Source of the DNA: an uncultured Elusimicrobia bacterium
GTDB taxonomy: Bacteria > Elusimicrobiota > Elusimicrobia > Elusimicrobiales > UBA9959
Direction of reading: 5' to 3'
Length of the DNA: 64,000 bases
NCBI GenBank assembly: GCA_903867985.1
Contig: CAIPTO010000083.1
Location: 20,664 to 84,663 of the forward strand
Shown: positions 8,395 to 18,140 of the stretch, in pieces
Numbering within the stretch: the stretch's first letter is position 1
Layout of the letters: the number at the start of each line of letters is the position of its first letter
Position numbers and translations under genes: made by a program
The notes under the pieces: generated by a model
What the model was told of the DNA's origin: nothing
The model's database searches: none
The model's input: only the letters and a program-made list of their open reading frames with translations

Positions 8395-10062
8395 ATGACA
8401 GAGCCACAATCCACTACTATCTCCCGCTATCTGCTTTACCGGCTGAAGGAAGCAGGCATCAATCATCTTTTCGGCGTGCCGGGCGACTATGTCCTCGATT
8501 TTCTGGACGAAGTTGTCGCCAGCCCGGTCCGGTGGGTGGGCACCTGCAACGAGCTTAACGCCGGCTATGCCGCTGACGGGTACGCCCGGATGAAGGGCGC
8601 GGGCGCGGCCGTGGTTACCTACGGGGTCGGCGGCCTGAGCATTCTTAACGCCGTGGCCGGCGCGTACGCCGAGCGGGTACCCCTTATTATCATCAGCGGC
8701 GCCCCGGCGAGCCGGCGTCGCGAGGCGGGGGCCCTCGTCCATCACCTTATAACCGATTATTATCTCCAGTTGGAGGTCTTCAAGAAAGTCACTACCGACG
8801 CGGCTATTCTCCTCAGGCCGGAAACGGCCCCGGACGATATCGATCGGATAATCCGCAACTGCATTATCCGTAAGCTGCCCGTTTACATCGAACTGCCGGC
8901 TGATCTCGCCCGCGCCTCCTGCCGCGCCCCCGGACCGCTCTCATTTGCCCCGGCGGAGCGCTCCGACGAGGACAGCCTTAAGGATTGTGTCGCGGAAGCG
9001 GCCGAAATGATAAATCAGGCTGCCTCACCCTTAGTGCTGGCGGGCGTAGAACTCTCGCGTTTCGGCCTGGGGCCCGACGCTCTCCGGCTGGTGGAGGCGG
9101 TAGAACTGCCCTTTGCTACCATGCTCAGCAGCAAGAGCGTTCTCCCGGAACTGCATCCCCAGTTCGTTGGCCTCTACCAGGGAGCGTGGAGCCGGGAAAG
9201 CGTCCGCCGGCAGGTGGAATCCTCCGACTGCCTGTTGTCGCTGGGGGTCTGGATGACCGACCTTGACACCGGCTTGTTCAGCTTAAAGATAGACAGCCGC
9301 CGGATGATCGCCGCCGCGAACGACCGCGTCCGTCTCAGGAATCACTACTACGATAATGTCCGGCTCGGCGATTTCGTCCGGGCCCTGATACCGGCCATAC
9401 GGCCGCGGTCCTACCTGGCTTCCCACCCGGCCGCGACTAACCTTGTCCGCAAGCCCTTCACGGCCGACCCGGACCGGCCCCTCACCGCCCCTCGGGCCTA
9501 CGAGCGCCTGAACTGTTTCCTCAACGACAAGATGGTCCTGCTGGCCGAACCGGGCGACGCTTTCTGCGCGGCGCCGGAGTTCCAGATAGAGGAGGCGCGC
9601 AACTTTATAGTGCAGTGCTATTACTGTTCGATCGGTTATTGCACTCCCGCCGCGCTGGGGGTGGGCCTTGCGGAGCCCGGGAAGAGGCCCGTGGTGCTTA
9701 CCGGAGACGGCGCTTTCCAGATGACGGCTCAGGAGCTTTCCACTTTGATCCGGCTGAAATGCCCAGCCATCGTGCTGGTGGTCAACAATGACGGCTACCT
9801 CATCGAGCGCGTTCTTCACGAGGACGGGCCTTACAACGATATCCAGCGGTGGGACTACGCGAAGCTTCCGGCGGCTTTTGCCGGCGACGGTCAGGCTATC
9901 GGCATCCGGGTCACCACGGAGGGCGAGCTGGAGGGCGCACTTGCCGTGGCTTCAAAGGAAGCAGACAAGCTGGTTCTCATCGACCTCTGTCTGACCGGCC
10001 GCGAATGCTCCCAGGGGCTGGCGCGTCTGGGCGAATCTTTCCGCTCTACGCAGCGCAAATAG
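8395..10062 (+). CDS. Thiamine-diphosphate-dependent alpha-keto-acid decarboxylase (IpdC / PDC family)
   Basis: 555 aa. N-terminal FGVPGDYVLDFLDE and NELNAGYAADGYAR, catalytic His pair in ALVHHLI, TPP-binding GDGAFQMTAQEL...VVNNDGY. The layout closely resembles indolepyruvate / phenylpyruvate decarboxylases. Visibly more GC-rich than its neighbours. Confidence 0.8.
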   Translation: MTEPQSTTISRYLLYRLKEAGINHLFGVPGDYVLDFLDEVVASPVRWVGTCNELNAGYAADGYARMKGAGAAVVTYGVGGLSILNAVAGAYAERVPLIIISGAPASRRREAGALVHHLITDYYLQLEVFKKVTTDAAILLRPETAPDDIDRIIRNCIIRKLPVYIELPADLARASCRAPGPLSFAPAERSDEDSLKDCVAEAAEMINQAASPLVLAGVELSRFGLGPDALRLVEAVELPFATMLSSKSVLPELHPQFVGLYQGAWSRESVRRQVESSDCLLSLGVWMTDLDTGLFSLKIDSRRMIAAANDRVRLRNHYYDNVRLGDFVRALIPAIRPRSYLASHPAATNLVRKPFTADPDRPLTAPRAYERLNCFLNDKMVLLAEPGDAFCAAPEFQIEEARNFIVQCYYCSIGYCTPAALGVGLAEPGKRPVVLTGDGAFQMTAQELSTLIRLKCPAIVLVVNNDGYLIERVLHEDGPYNDIQRWDYAKLPAAFAGDGQAIGIRVTTEGELEGALAVASKEADKLVLIDLCLTGRECSQGLARLGESFRSTQRK

Positions 10063-10068
10063 CCGAGC

Positions 10069-10115
10069 TCCGGTACGGTTTCGCTTATCCGGATCCCCCG
10101 CCACCCGCTCCAATT
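10069..10115 (+). repeat. 47 bp perfect direct repeat, copy B (right flank of decarboxylase gene)
   Basis: Identical to 8217-8263. Begins 7 nt after the decarboxylase stop codon. Confidence 0.95.
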
Positions 10116-10148
10116 TATATGTGAAGTTAACACACCGGATATAAAGGT

Positions 10149-10973
10149 ATGAACTTTTCACTGCGACCACCATCATTGAACGACTTGCCGCCGGCTACCC
10201 GGGGACTGGTGGCGGCTTCTTTCTGCGGGTGGATACTGGAGATGGCGTTCAGGGGCCCGCTGAATTATTATTTCGGTCTAGTGCCGCTCAAAGTGGCCGG
10301 CTCCGGCTGGCTCTGGCAGCCGATTACCTATATCTTTATTCACGGCGGGTTCTGGCATTTCCTCTTCAACGCTTTCATGCTCTGGATGATGGGGGCAATT
10401 ATTGAGCCGGTCATGGGTTCCAGGAAATTCTTTGTTTATTTCCTTTTCTGCGGCGCGGCGGCGGGGGTGATCACCGTGGCGGTCAGCCCCGGTTCCGCGA
10501 CAGCCGTCATAGGCGCTTCCGGAGCTGTTTACGGACTGCTATACGCCTTTGCCGCGCTTTACCCCGATCAGACTGTATATATGTATTTCCTTTTCCCTAT
10601 GAGCGCGCGCCAATTAGTGATGTTCCTTGCGGGGCTTTCCCTGGTGCTCAGCTTTACCACGCCTAATTCAAGCGTGGCCAACTTTACGCATTTGAGCGGG
10701 CTTGCGGCGGGCTGGCTGTATTTTAAAACCACAAGGCGGTTTGAGAGCAGGGCGGCAGCGCGGCAGCGGGACAGTGCGGCAGGAACAGGGCCAGGATTTT
10801 GGGCCAGGATTTTTGGCGGCTTGTCGCGGGAGACTGGCGACGGTGAAATGGAAACTTCCAGGAAAGTGGACGCCATTCTTGAAAAGATTTCCAGGAAAGG
10901 CGAAGCCGCCCTGACAGCCGGTGAACTCCGCGCACTGGATGAATATGCCCGAAATAAGGGGGGGAGGGCGTAG
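10149..10973 (+). CDS. Rhomboid family intramembrane serine protease
   Basis: Multi-TM protein with HGGFWHFLFNAFMLW, catalytic GASGAVYG and a downstream His in FTHLSGLAAG. Carries a soluble C-terminal tail of about 70 aa. Confidence 0.85.
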   Translation: MNFSLRPPSLNDLPPATRGLVAASFCGWILEMAFRGPLNYYFGLVPLKVAGSGWLWQPITYIFIHGGFWHFLFNAFMLWMMGAIIEPVMGSRKFFVYFLFCGAAAGVITVAVSPGSATAVIGASGAVYGLLYAFAALYPDQTVYMYFLFPMSARQLVMFLAGLSLVLSFTTPNSSVANFTHLSGLAAGWLYFKTTRRFESRAAARQRDSAAGTGPGFWARIFGGLSRETGDGEMETSRKVDAILEKISRKGEAALTAGELRALDEYARNKGGRA

Positions 10974-11035
10974 GACAGCGCGGCAGAGCGGCAGCAAGAC
11001 GGCGCGGCAGGGGGGGCGGCGGAGGCTGCCAAAAA
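10974..11035. repeat. Octamer-phased word array (CGGCAGnn family)
   Basis: ggacagcg cggcagag cggcagca agacggcg cggcaggg ggggcggc, closed by ggaggctgcc. Starts at the first base after the rhomboid stop codon. Confidence 0.75.
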
Positions 11036-11053
11036 ACAGGAGATTAAAACTGA

Positions 11054-11695
11054 ATGAATAAAGAAATGAAACAACTTTGCCGCCGGTTCAAAACAATGAA
11101 AGGCAAGACCATTATCGGGCTTACCGGGGCCGCCGCTTCGGGTAAGAGCGCCGCCCTTGAGTGCTTCAGAAAACTGGGCGCTTTTTGCGTTTCCACGGAC
11201 GCTCTCGCAAAAGAAGTGTTGACATCCAGGGCTTGTTATAATAAAATTTTAAGGAAGTTTGGTTCCGGGGTATTCCTAAAAGACGGTTCGATAGACAGAA
11301 AGAAGCTCGCCAAAGAAGTTTTTTCTGACAAATCCAAACGAAAACGGCTAGAAAGCATACTTCATCCCGAAATTCTCAAACACGCTCTCGCATTAATCAA
11401 AACATCCAATGACAATGTAATCATTTTAGAAGTCCCGCTGCTGTTCGAAGCCGGCCTTGAACAATGCCTCGCTTTAACAATATGCGTGGATGCACCCTAC
11501 AGATTGCGCCTTGAACGCGCGGCGGTAAGGGGGTGGACTTCCGGAGAGTTCAGGCGCAGGAGCGGGGCGCAGTTTACAGCCGGAGAAAAGGCGGCCAGGG
11601 CGGATATTGTGATAGGGAACGCAGGGTCAGTGAGAGCCCTTAGGACTAAAGTCGGGTGGGTTTACGATTTTTTAAATAAATTGGAGAAAAAATGA
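11054..11695 (+). CDS. coaE: Dephospho-CoA kinase
   Basis: P-loop [12 protein letters not shown] and overall CoaE layout. The start could instead be the internal Met at 11096. Confidence 0.8.
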   Translation: MNKEMKQLCRRFKTMKGKTIIGLTGAAASGKSAALECFRKLGAFCVSTDALAKEVLTSRACYNKILRKFGSGVFLKDGSIDRKKLAKEVFSDKSKRKRLESILHPEILKHALALIKTSNDNVIILEVPLLFEAGLEQCLALTICVDAPYRLRLERAAVRGWTSGEFRRRSGAQFTAGEKAARADIVIGNAGSVRALRTKVGWVYDFLNKLEKK

Positions 11696-13128
11696 CGGAC
11701 AACGGCGGAGACAGGAATCCCAGGACAGCTTTCGCTCAGGAAGTAAAAGGCGGGCCGCGGAACAACCATGTTGCGCCCGCGGATACAAGGAGAAATAATA
11801 CGATGGAAAACAATAACACTCACGCGCAGGGTTCGGGCAGCGGATCCGGGTCCCAGAACAATATGCCTAAGATGGATACGGCGGTCCTCTCAAAGATGAC
11901 CGTGGCCGAACTGCTCAAGATCGCCGACCAGTTCAAGCTTGAAGGCGTGTCCGGTATGCGCAAGCAGGAACTCATCGGCAAACTCATGGAAGCCCAGGCC
12001 AAACAGAACGGCATCGTCAAGGGCACCGGCGTGCTTGAGATCCTTCCGGACGGCTTCGGCTTTCTGCGCTCGCAGGAATACGATTACCTCTCAAGCCACG
12101 AGGATATCTATGTTTCTCCTTCCCAGATAAAGAAACTCGGTCTCCGTAAAGGCGACGAGGTTACGGGTCTGATCCGTCCGCCGAAGGAAGGCGAGAGATT
12201 CTTCGCGCTTCTGCAGGTAAAGACCGTCAACGGGATGGAAATTGAAAAGATAATCAACCGCGATCTCTTTGATAATCTGACGCCGCTGCATCCCAACCAG
12301 CGCTTTATACTGGAGACCACCAAGAACGACATGACCGCGCGCGTGATAGACCTTATCTCGCCCATCGGTAAAGGCCAGCGCGCCCTTATCGTGGCCGCGC
12401 CCAAGACCGGCAAAACCATGATCCTTCAGCGGATCGCCAACTCGCTTACCACCAATCACCCGGACATCGAACTTATCGTGCTGCTCATCGACGAGCGCCC
12501 CGAAGAAGTCACCGATATGAAGCGCTCCGTGAAGGGCGAGGTTATAGCCTCCACCTTCGACGAACCGGCCGACCGGCATGTGCAGGTGGCCGAAATCGTG
12601 CTTGAAAAAGCCAAGCGTATGACCGAACTCAAGAAAGATGTCGTCATCCTGCTGGATTCCGTTACCAGGCTGGCCCGCGCCTACAACACCATCTCGCCCT
12701 CAAGCGGAAGGGTTCTGTCCGGCGGTCTTGAATCCACCTCACTCCAGAGGCCCAAGCGCTTTTTCGGCGCCGCACGCAACATCGAAGAGGGTGGATCGCT
12801 GACCATAATCGCCACGGCGCTGGTGGAAACCGGCAGTCGCATGGACGATGTCATATTCGAAGAGTTCAAGGGAACCGGCAATTCGGAGATATATCTGGAC
12901 AGGAAACTTTCAGACCGCAGGATGTTCCCTGCGATAGATATAAACAGGACCTCCACCAGAAAAGAAGAACTCCTTATGAGCGAAGACGAACTTAATAAGG
13001 TGTGGATCCTTCGCAAGGTCCTGGCGCCGCTGTCGCCAGTTGACGCTATGGACCTGCTGCATTCAAAACTCTCGGCCACCAAATCCAATAAGGATTTCCT
13101 GAAGTCCATGGAAATGGCTGGAATGTAA
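11692..13128 (+). CDS. rho: Transcription termination factor Rho with an N-terminal low-complexity extension
   Basis: Rho_N ([17 protein letters not shown]), cold-shock-like RNA-binding domain ([14 protein letters not shown]), Walker A AAPKTGKT, Walker B VVILLDS. ATGA overlap with the coaE stop. Confidence 0.93.
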   Translation: MTDNGGDRNPRTAFAQEVKGGPRNNHVAPADTRRNNTMENNNTHAQGSGSGSGSQNNMPKMDTAVLSKMTVAELLKIADQFKLEGVSGMRKQELIGKLMEAQAKQNGIVKGTGVLEILPDGFGFLRSQEYDYLSSHEDIYVSPSQIKKLGLRKGDEVTGLIRPPKEGERFFALLQVKTVNGMEIEKIINRDLFDNLTPLHPNQRFILETTKNDMTARVIDLISPIGKGQRALIVAAPKTGKTMILQRIANSLTTNHPDIELIVLLIDERPEEVTDMKRSVKGEVIASTFDEPADRHVQVAEIVLEKAKRMTELKKDVVILLDSVTRLARAYNTISPSSGRVLSGGLESTSLQRPKRFFGAARNIEEGGSLTIIATALVETGSRMDDVIFEEFKGTGNSEIYLDRKLSDRRMFPAIDINRTSTRKEELLMSEDELNKVWILRKVLAPLSPVDAMDLLHSKLSATKSNKDFLKSMEMAGM

Positions 13129-13129
13129 A

Positions 13130-13213
13130 TAAGGGTATAGGGTGTAGGGGGAAAGGGTTGAGTTATAGGGAACTCCTTACCCTAAACCCTGACACCTGAA
13201 CCCTCTACCCTGT
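13130..13213. repeat. Inverted heptamer word arrays (nnTAGGG, then CCCTnnn); G4-motif pair
   Basis: tataggg tgtaggg ggaaaggg ... tataggg, followed by ccctaaa ccctgac acctgaa ccctcta ccct. Confidence 0.8.
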
Positions 13214-13228
13214 TGCGGTGGAGACCGT

Positions 13229-14155
13229 TTGCGAATAGCCACAAAAAGTTATCTTATAGCGGTGGTCTGCGTGGCCGCGCTGGCGATGTTTTCTGCCGCA
13301 TTCATTCCTGCGGGCGGAAGTTCGGATTACGCCAGATTTTCCGTGCTTACTCCTTCCGGCCCGGCGGAACCGCCGCCTGAAGCTTTCCGCAGGATACCGC
13401 GCCTCATACACGCCCGGCACAAAGTTCTTAAGGGCGAGGACATCAGGACTATCGCGGCCGATTACGGCACGGACGTCAGGTCACTCCAAAGCACGAATAA
13501 TAACGACTTCATCTTTCTTTCCAGAGGAGGGTATATCCGGGTGCATAACGGCCGGGGATACCTTTACGAGGCGGTTGTGGACGGAGAGACCCTGGAAGGC
13601 ATTGCCCGCCGCTTTAAGCCGAATGAAACTAATCTGAAAGACTTTAAGGCCGCGATTATCAAAGACAACCAGCTGCCGGCGATGGCGATGTTGGTCCCGT
13701 ATAAATTTAAGAAAGGCGACCGCTTGCAGCTGCCGGCAGTCTACCTGAATTTAGACACTTACCGAATGCCGCTTCCGTATTTTTCCAGAATCAGTTCCAA
13801 CTTTGGCATGCGCTATCATCCGGTTCTGAAACGCAAAGTCTTTCATAAGGGCTGCGACATCCCGATGCCCGTAGGTACGCCTGTATTCCCCTCCAGATCA
13901 GGCACGGTTACGTTTGCCGGCTGGAAGGAGGGCTACGGCAATATTGTGGAGGTGCGCCACAAGGACGGTTCGCTTACGCGATACGGACACCTTTCCAAAG
14001 TGTCGGTGGGCGTCGGAGAGACGGTTCAGAAATCCAAAAACATGCTGGGGCGCGTAGGCGCCACCGGCATGTCCACGGGGCCTCACCTGCATTTTGAAAT
14101 AATCACGCCTTTAGGCAAATCCGTGAACCCCCTGGCCAGGATCGGTAAGCGATAA
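13229..14155 (+). CDS. LysM-domain M23 family metallopeptidase
   Basis: TTG start behind GGTGGAG. Signal/TM segment, two LysM-like segments (HKVLKGEDIRTIAADYG; VVDGETLEGIARRF). M23 motifs HKGCDI and GPHLHFEI. Confidence 0.85.
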   Translation: MRIATKSYLIAVVCVAALAMFSAAFIPAGGSSDYARFSVLTPSGPAEPPPEAFRRIPRLIHARHKVLKGEDIRTIAADYGTDVRSLQSTNNNDFIFLSRGGYIRVHNGRGYLYEAVVDGETLEGIARRFKPNETNLKDFKAAIIKDNQLPAMAMLVPYKFKKGDRLQLPAVYLNLDTYRMPLPYFSRISSNFGMRYHPVLKRKVFHKGCDIPMPVGTPVFPSRSGTVTFAGWKEGYGNIVEVRHKDGSLTRYGHLSKVSVGVGETVQKSKNMLGRVGATGMSTGPHLHFEIITPLGKSVNPLARIGKR

Positions 14156-14160
14156 CCGGA

Positions 14161-14297
14161 TCTAAAGCCGTTTAGAGGCAAAGCCGTCCAGATGTAAAGC
14201 GATTTAGCAAAATTGCCAACCTGCTTTGCCTCCAGACTGCTGGACTGCTTTGCATCCAAGCTGCTTTACATCCGGGTTGGACTGCTCTGCCTCTGCA
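14161..14297. repeat. Word arrays of the AAAGC / TTTAGAG family with complementary CTGCTTTG octamer array
   Basis: 5' part: taaagcc gtttagaggcaaagcc gtccagatgtaaagc gatttagc. 3' part: ctgctttg cctccaga ctgctgga ctgctttg catccaag ctgcttta catccggg. Confidence 0.75.
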
Positions 14298-14302
14298 TTT
14301 TA

Positions 14303-14311
14303 TGGTATAAT
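14303..14311 (+). promoter_or_regulatory. Extended -10 promoter (TGgTATAAT) for rpmE
   Basis: tggtataat lies 38 nt upstream of the rpmE ATG. AAGGA RBS at 14333-14337. Confidence 0.5.
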
Positions 14312-14348
14312 TTGAACACTATATTAACCGTTTAAGGACAAGATTATT

Positions 14349-14708
14349 ATGAAAACCGATATCCACCCCAAATATGTAGTCTCAGAGGTTTCCTGCGTGT
14401 GTGGCAACGCTTTCGTCACCCGCTCTACCAGAGCCTCTATCAAAGTTGAAGTCTGCTCCGCCTGCCATCCCTTTTATACCGGTAAGCAGAAAATGCTGGA
14501 CACCGCCGGCAGAGTGGAGAAGTTCAATAAAAAGTTCTCCGCCAGCGGCGGCAAGACCGTGGTGCGCAAGCCTAAAAAGGCCGCAAAGACCTCAGTGGCG
14601 CCCAAGCATTCCAAAAAAGTGCTTTCCTCCGCGCCCAAAGCCAAGACTGCTAAAGCCGCCAAGGCTGAGGCCAAAGCCGTGAAGAAGCCGGAAAGCAAGG
14701 CCGCCTGA
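14349..14708 (+). CDS. rpmE: 50S ribosomal protein L31 (Zn-ribbon type) with Lys/Ala-rich C-terminal tail
   Basis: MKTDIHPKY start, CxC...[11 protein letters not shown] zinc motif, then a tail of about 55 aa rich in K/A/P. Confidence 0.9.
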   Translation: MKTDIHPKYVVSEVSCVCGNAFVTRSTRASIKVEVCSACHPFYTGKQKMLDTAGRVEKFNKKFSASGGKTVVRKPKKAAKTSVAPKHSKKVLSSAPKAKTAKAAKAEAKAVKKPESKAA

Positions 14709-14730
14709 CGCGCATGGCGTAGTTTTCAGA

Positions 14731-14771
14731 GGCAGGCAAATCATGATATACATGTTTGCCTGCTTTTTTTT
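14731..14771 (+). terminator. Rho-independent terminator after rpmE
   Basis: Stem gcaggcaaa (14732-14740) / tttgcctgc (14755-14763), then a run of eight T. Confidence 0.8.
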
Positions 14772-14812
14772 AGCCCGATACTGCCGGCCTGACAGTTGCC
14801 TGAACGGGACAC

Positions 14813-15889
14813 ATGCTTGAAAAAGAACTGGAAAAAATAATCTCCGAACTTGCCGAAACTGAATCGCGCCTCTCTTCCGGCGGACTCAAGTCCGGAGAGA
14901 TAGAGGCCCTTTCCAAAAAACACGCCCGCCTTAAAACAATCATCGACACCAAGCGCGAGCTGGATGCCGCGCGTGCCGAGCTCGCCCAGACCCAGGGAAT
15001 GTTGACCGACACCGATCCCGCCATGGCGGAACTTGCTGCTGGCGAACTGGGACAAGTAAAGGCTAAAACCGAAGCTCTTGAGAAAAAAATGGAGCTCCTT
15101 ATCCTGCCCCCGGATCCGCAGGATTCAAAAAATATTTTTATGGAGATACGCGCGGGCGTGGGCGGAGATGAATCCGCACTTTTTGCCGCCGACCTGCTTC
15201 GGATCTACACCAGGTTCGCCGCTGCCATGGGTTGGAAAGCCGAGCTGCGCGACCTGAACTCTACGGGGCTTAAAGGCATAAAGAACGCGGTTCTGTTTAT
15301 CGAGGGGGTCAACGCTTTCGCCTGGTTGAAATACGAGGGGGGCGTGCACCGCGTACAGCGGGTGCCGCTAACGGAGGCTTCCGGGCGCGTCCACACCTCC
15401 ACTGTCACGGTGGCTATAATGCCGGAGCCGGAGGAGGTTGAGATAAAGATAGAAGCTAAGGACCTGAAAGTCGACACCTTCCGCGCCGGCGGCGCGGGCG
15501 GACAGAACGTAAACAAGGTTGAGACCGCTGTGCGCATCACTCATATCCCCACAGGAACAATCACCCAATGCCAGCAGGAACGCTCCCAGGGACAGAATAA
15601 GCAGAAGGCGTTACAGCTTCTGGCGGCCAAGCTGATCCTGGTGGCCGAGGAAACTCAGGCCGCCTCGCTGGCAGGCGAACGGAAGAAGCAGGTGGGCACG
15701 GGCGGCCGCACCGAAAAGATACGGACCTATAATTTCCCGCAAAACCGCGTGACCGACCACCGAATTCAGATGTCATGGTACAACATGGATGAGATCATTG
15801 AGGGCGGCATAAAGAATATGCTCGAAGATGTTAAATTAAATATCGGAAAAAAGAAGGAAAATGCCGACAACGAAAGCTTTGCTGACTAA
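14813..15889 (+). CDS. prfA: Peptide chain release factor 1
   Basis: GGQ motif ([24 protein letters not shown]). PxT-type anticodon tripeptide, here PLT in [14 protein letters not shown]. Confidence 0.93.
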   Translation: MLEKELEKIISELAETESRLSSGGLKSGEIEALSKKHARLKTIIDTKRELDAARAELAQTQGMLTDTDPAMAELAAGELGQVKAKTEALEKKMELLILPPDPQDSKNIFMEIRAGVGGDESALFAADLLRIYTRFAAAMGWKAELRDLNSTGLKGIKNAVLFIEGVNAFAWLKYEGGVHRVQRVPLTEASGRVHTSTVTVAIMPEPEEVEIKIEAKDLKVDTFRAGGAGGQNVNKVETAVRITHIPTGTITQCQQERSQGQNKQKALQLLAAKLILVAEETQAASLAGERKKQVGTGGRTEKIRTYNFPQNRVTDHRIQMSWYNMDEIIEGGIKNMLEDVKLNIGKKKENADNESFAD

Positions 15890-16712
15890 AGGAGCCGAAC
15901 GGCTTGAAGCCGCCGGCATCTCCGAAGCCGCGCTCAACTGCGCCTGGCTGTTGGCGCATTTGCTGAAGACAGACAGGCTCTCCATGCTGGCCGACGGCGG
16001 AGCTCTGGTGCCGGCCGGAATCGTCGCGGACTTTGAAAAATTACTTTCACGCAAGGCGGAGGGCGAGCCGCTGGCTTATATACTCGGTTCCCAGCCTTTC
16101 TGCGGCCTGTCTCTTAAAGTTGATCACCGGGTGCTGGTTCCCAGGCCTGAGACGGAGGAACTGGTGGGGCTTGCCGTGGATTTTATACTTAAATCGCGCA
16201 GAGGTGGCGCACCCGCTATACTTGACTTCGGCGCCGGTTCAGGCGCCATCGCGCTGGCCCTGGCGCGCAGATTCCCGGCGGCAGCGGTGACCGCGGCGGA
16301 AAAATCCCGGGGAGCCCTGGCCTGCGCCGAGGAGAACGCCCGCGCGCTGGACCTGGCGGGACGGATGAAGTTCCTGAAAATTTCTTCGGTCAGCGATTGC
16401 GGCGGACCTTTCGATCTTATTGTTTCCAATCCGCCTTATATCCCTACCGGGGTCATAGCCGGGCTGGATAAAGAAGTTTTATCCGAACCGCGGCTTGCGC
16501 TGGACGGCGGGGCCGACGGGCTGGTTGTGGCCAGAGAAATAATCGCGGCCGCGCCAACTGCGCTCAAAAAAGGCGGAGCTCTCCTGCTGGAGTTGGGAGA
16601 TACGCAGGGCCCGCTGGCACTAAAGCTGCTGGATGAGAAAGTATGGAAGGAGCGGCAGGTCATAAAAGATTTAAACGGGAAGCAGCGGTTTGTAAAAGCG
16701 ATAAAGAAATAG
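15861..16712 (+). CDS. prmC: Release factor glutamine N5-methyltransferase
   Basis: SAM motif [12 protein letters not shown] and catalytic NPPY (VSNPPYIP). Overlaps the prfA end by 29 nt. Confidence 0.9.
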   Translation: MPTTKALLTKGAERLEAAGISEAALNCAWLLAHLLKTDRLSMLADGGALVPAGIVADFEKLLSRKAEGEPLAYILGSQPFCGLSLKVDHRVLVPRPETEELVGLAVDFILKSRRGGAPAILDFGAGSGAIALALARRFPAAAVTAAEKSRGALACAEENARALDLAGRMKFLKISSVSDCGGPFDLIVSNPPYIPTGVIAGLDKEVLSEPRLALDGGADGLVVAREIIAAAPTALKKGGALLLELGDTQGPLALKLLDEKVWKERQVIKDLNGKQRFVKAIKK

Positions 16713-16756
16713 ATGCAAAGCCATTTAGAGGCACGGCAGTTTAGAGGGTGAAAAAT

Positions 16757-18013
16757 ATGGACAATTTTATTATACACGGCGGCAGGACCGTGAGCGGTGA
16801 GGTTAAGATAAGCGGTTCAAAAAACGCGGCTCTGCCGATACTTGCGGCCACGATGCTTACCAGGGAAAAATGCGAGATCAAGAACGTTCCCGACCTCATG
16901 GACATAAAGTCCACTTTTGAGCTCCTGAACTATATGGGCAAGCGGTGCTTTTTCGGTTTTAACACCTTTACCGTGCACGAAACCTCCGGTCTTAAGCATC
17001 ACGCCCCCTACGACCTTGTCCGCAAGATGCGCGCCTCCATGCTGGTGGCAGGGCCGTTGCTCGCTCGCTTTAAAAAGGTGCGCTTCTCCCTCCCTGGAGG
17101 CTGTTCGATAGGCGTGCGCCCTATAGATATACATTTGGAAGCTTTTAAAAAAATGGGCGCCGCAGTTTCCTATGAGGGTGGCGATGTTATACTCACCGCC
17201 GCCCGACTCAGGCCCGCGCGCCTTAAATTCCGGTTCCCGAGCGTGGGCGCTACAGAAAACCTTATGATGTGCGCCTCCCTGCTCAAAGGAACCACCGTGC
17301 TTGAGAACTGTGCCCGCGAACCTGAGATAGAAGACCTGGCCAGGGCCCTCGTTAAAATGGGTGCCTCGGTGGAGGGCGCGGGCACCTCCCTCATCAGAAT
17401 TTCAGGCGTGGATGAACTTAAGGGTCTTAAATATGAAGTTATGCCGGACAGAATAGAGACAGGCACATTCATGCTGGCCGCCGCAGCGGCCGGGGGAACG
17501 CTGAAACTTCTGAATACTGATATTGCGCTCATGAAGCCGGTCGCGCGCGCTCTCAAAAAAGCCGGAGTAAAGATAACTTCTGAAAAGGGCAGCATAACGA
17601 TCACTTCTTCCGGCGGCCGCCCGAAGCCTGTGAATATTGCAACTAAACCCCACCCCGGTTTTCCTACCGATCTACAGGCACCCTGGATGGCTTTTATGGC
17701 CCGCGCCAAGGGCTCGTGCGAAGTGCATGAAGCCATATTTGAAAATAGATTTATGCACGCGGCCGAACTTATGCGCATGGGCGCCGATATAACTGTCACG
17801 GACCGCAAGGCCGTTATACGGGGCGTAGAGCGCTTATTGGGCGCTCCTGTCATGGCGTCCGACATCCGTGCCGGCGCCGCATTAATAGTGGCCGCTGTTG
17901 CCGCCAAAGGTAAGTCGATCATAAGGCGCATTTACCATATAGACCGCGGCTATGAGAAGATTGAAAATAAACTTCGACTCTCAGGCGTCAGAATAGAAAG
18001 GGTGAAGGCATGA
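16757..18013 (+). CDS. murA: UDP-N-acetylglucosamine 1-carboxyvinyltransferase
   Basis: MDNFIIHGG start preferred over the GTG at 16748 (GAGGGTG RBS 7 nt upstream). Active-site Cys in LPGGCSIGVRPID. C-terminal IYHIDRGYE. Confidence 0.93.
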   Translation: MDNFIIHGGRTVSGEVKISGSKNAALPILAATMLTREKCEIKNVPDLMDIKSTFELLNYMGKRCFFGFNTFTVHETSGLKHHAPYDLVRKMRASMLVAGPLLARFKKVRFSLPGGCSIGVRPIDIHLEAFKKMGAAVSYEGGDVILTAARLRPARLKFRFPSVGATENLMMCASLLKGTTVLENCAREPEIEDLARALVKMGASVEGAGTSLIRISGVDELKGLKYEVMPDRIETGTFMLAAAAAGGTLKLLNTDIALMKPVARALKKAGVKITSEKGSITITSSGGRPKPVNIATKPHPGFPTDLQAPWMAFMARAKGSCEVHEAIFENRFMHAAELMRMGADITVTDRKAVIRGVERLLGAPVMASDIRAGAALIVAAVAAKGKSIIRRIYHIDRGYEKIENKLRLSGVRIERVKA

Positions 18014-18037
18014 TTTTTTGCTATGGCAAAAAAATGC

Positions 18038-18065
18038 CATAGGCCGTACGCCGTATGCCATAAGC
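18038..18065. repeat. Four tandem heptamers CrTAnGC
   Basis: cataggc cgtacgc cgtatgc cataagc. Preceded by hairpin ttttttgc-tatg-gcaaaaaa (18014-18033). Complementary words (ggcctatgcc) at 18111-18120. Confidence 0.8.
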
Positions 18066-18140
18066 TTTTAAGAAGTTTCTTAACATTTCTGCGTAAAGCC
18101 TAAAGTATATGGCCTATGCCAATATGTGTTTTTTAAAATT

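Noticed and set aside
15361-15400. RF1 recognition tripeptide reads PLT instead of the familiar PAT/PVT. I considered this a hint of altered stop-codon recognition.
   Set aside because: The middle position of PxT is known to vary. TAA, TAG and TGA are all used as stops by well-supported genes in this window, so there is no sign of recoding.
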